A stretch of 64,000 nucleotides of DNA from Lama guanicoe (lineage: Eukaryota). Positions 62,721 to 64,000 of this stretch are shown piece by piece. Within the stretch, counting starts at the first letter, position 1. Each line of letters begins with the position of its first letter. Location of the stretch: assembly GCA_013239625.1 (NCBI GenBank), contig MU053493.1:1125793-1189792 (forward strand), in the 5' to 3' direction. The translations under genes and the position numbers were made by a program. Below the pieces are notes generated by a model, which saw nothing but the letters and a program-made list of their open reading frames with translations, had not been told where the DNA came from and searched no databases.

Positions 62721-63324
62721 TGATGCAGGAAAATGGGTGTGGGGCGTGAGGAGGGCCGCATCCCAGGCTTCGGTTGAGCCCCTGAGACGTGCCCGCCAAA
62801 GTGTGGGTCCTTGGCTTCACATAGGAAAGACTTCAAGAGCTAGCGACAGTTGAGTAAAGGTAGACTTATTTAGAGAGATACAAGAGAAAGGCAAGGAAAA
62901 GATATGGGAACTGGGTGCTCAGGTTAAAGTAAAAGCAGGTATGTACTCCATAGATAGAGGGCTGTCTCCAAAGAGGAGGGAGCGAAAAGGACCACTAGGC
63001 ATGGTGTTGTCAGTTTTCATGGGCTCAGTAGCTTCACACACCTTCCAACTGCCCTGGGGAAGGGGCTGGGATTCCCAGGATCTGGGCCCCCACCCATTCT
63101 TTGCCAGTTTGCAGTTAGCCTTGGGGCTATCATGGTGCCTGCGGGCATGTTATTGATCACAGCGTATAATGAAGCTCAAGGTCCACTAGAAGTCAAACCT
63201 CTTAATTCTCAAGGCCACCTGGGAGGTGAATCTTCCACCATTTTGGAGAATCTTCCACCATTTTGGTGTTAAATTGCTGTCATTCCTTGAGTGGCTGTGC
63301 CCTGACCCCTTCCCTCCTGTCTCA
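62721..63324 (-). mobile_element. ERV-type solo LTR (604 bp) inserted in L1
   Basis: TG...CA termini; TSD CGTT/CATT; interrupts colinear L1. Orientation is inferred. Confidence 0.75.
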
Positions 63325-64000
63325 CATTGAGATTTGTGATTCATTGTCAGTGAACCTTTTTGTATGGGGTGAGGTAGGGATTGAGGTTCATTTTTTTTTT
63401 TCTACTTGGATATCCAGCTTCTCCAGCCATATTTGTGGAAAAGACCATCCTATCCATGCTGAATTACAGTGGTGTCTTTGTCAAAATTCCAGTGGCCGTG
63501 TAAATGAGGACTGTTTCTGGGCTCTTTGTTCTGTCCCGTTGTCCCACTTGCCCATCATCAGGCCAGCACCGCACTGCCTTGACTCCTGCACGTCCATCAC
63601 ACTCTCCTGGCTCTGCTCCGGTGTGACCAGTAGATGGTACTCACATTGTTTGCTCACACTCATTTCCCTTACAGATAAAATGGTGATGCCACCGCTAAGT
63701 GACGGTGGTGACTGTGTGAATGGCCTACGGTGATGTCTGGCGTGGTACCACACATAGGGCCCGTCCAGTCTTTGTCTTCCTCTTTGAGTCTGTAAGCGGC
63801 TCACATCTTTGTGTGCCTTCACCGTATCTCTGGCGTGGCTGACAAGTCAGGAGAGGAACAACAGGATGGAAATAATTTTAACTACGATCCTCGATTTCGC
63901 GGCAGAGGACAAAAACCAAGACACTGTCTGCTGAGTTCCCGTGTTGACCTTGGCTGTTTTATTGGGCAGCCTCCTCTACTCTTTTGAAGTTTACTTCTCT

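Larger units (their letters stand above)
61625..63600 (-). mobile_element. Old L1 3' portion (antisense), interrupted by a SINE and a solo LTR
   Basis: Minus-strand fragments KTFTAALFIRAPNWEQP and DSTKCWQGC; L1 similarity resumes after 63324. Confidence 0.8.

Overview
This is mammalian, not prokaryotic, DNA, most likely camelid: it carries eight tRNA-Ala-headed SINEs matching the Vic-1 type and many short lineage-specific L1 3' ends. No intact protein-coding exon is supported. The central feature is a CpG-island promoter (~29.04-30.05 kb, with a 37-N assembly gap) with GC boxes, a perfect CRE and a probable non-coding first exon on the + strand. That exon has a donor at 29528 and a strong-Kozak 4-codon uORF. 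The remaining ~34 kb looks like intron 1 of a gene I cannot name. The rest is transposon debris: old and young L1s, a 3'-truncated Tigger1 with a dead transposase, Tigger and hAT MITEs, MaLR LTRs, six ERV1-type solo LTRs and MIR/L2 relics. The most notable structures are four related solo LTRs within 3.6 kb that form inverted pairs, a ~0.9-kb 9-bp-period C-rich minisatellite, a flip in L1 orientation across the CpG island, and candidate CTCF, CLEAR and MARE motifs. I found no convincing previously undescribed biological system. Repeat subfamily names come from recalled consensus sequences and need RepeatMasker/Dfam confirmation.
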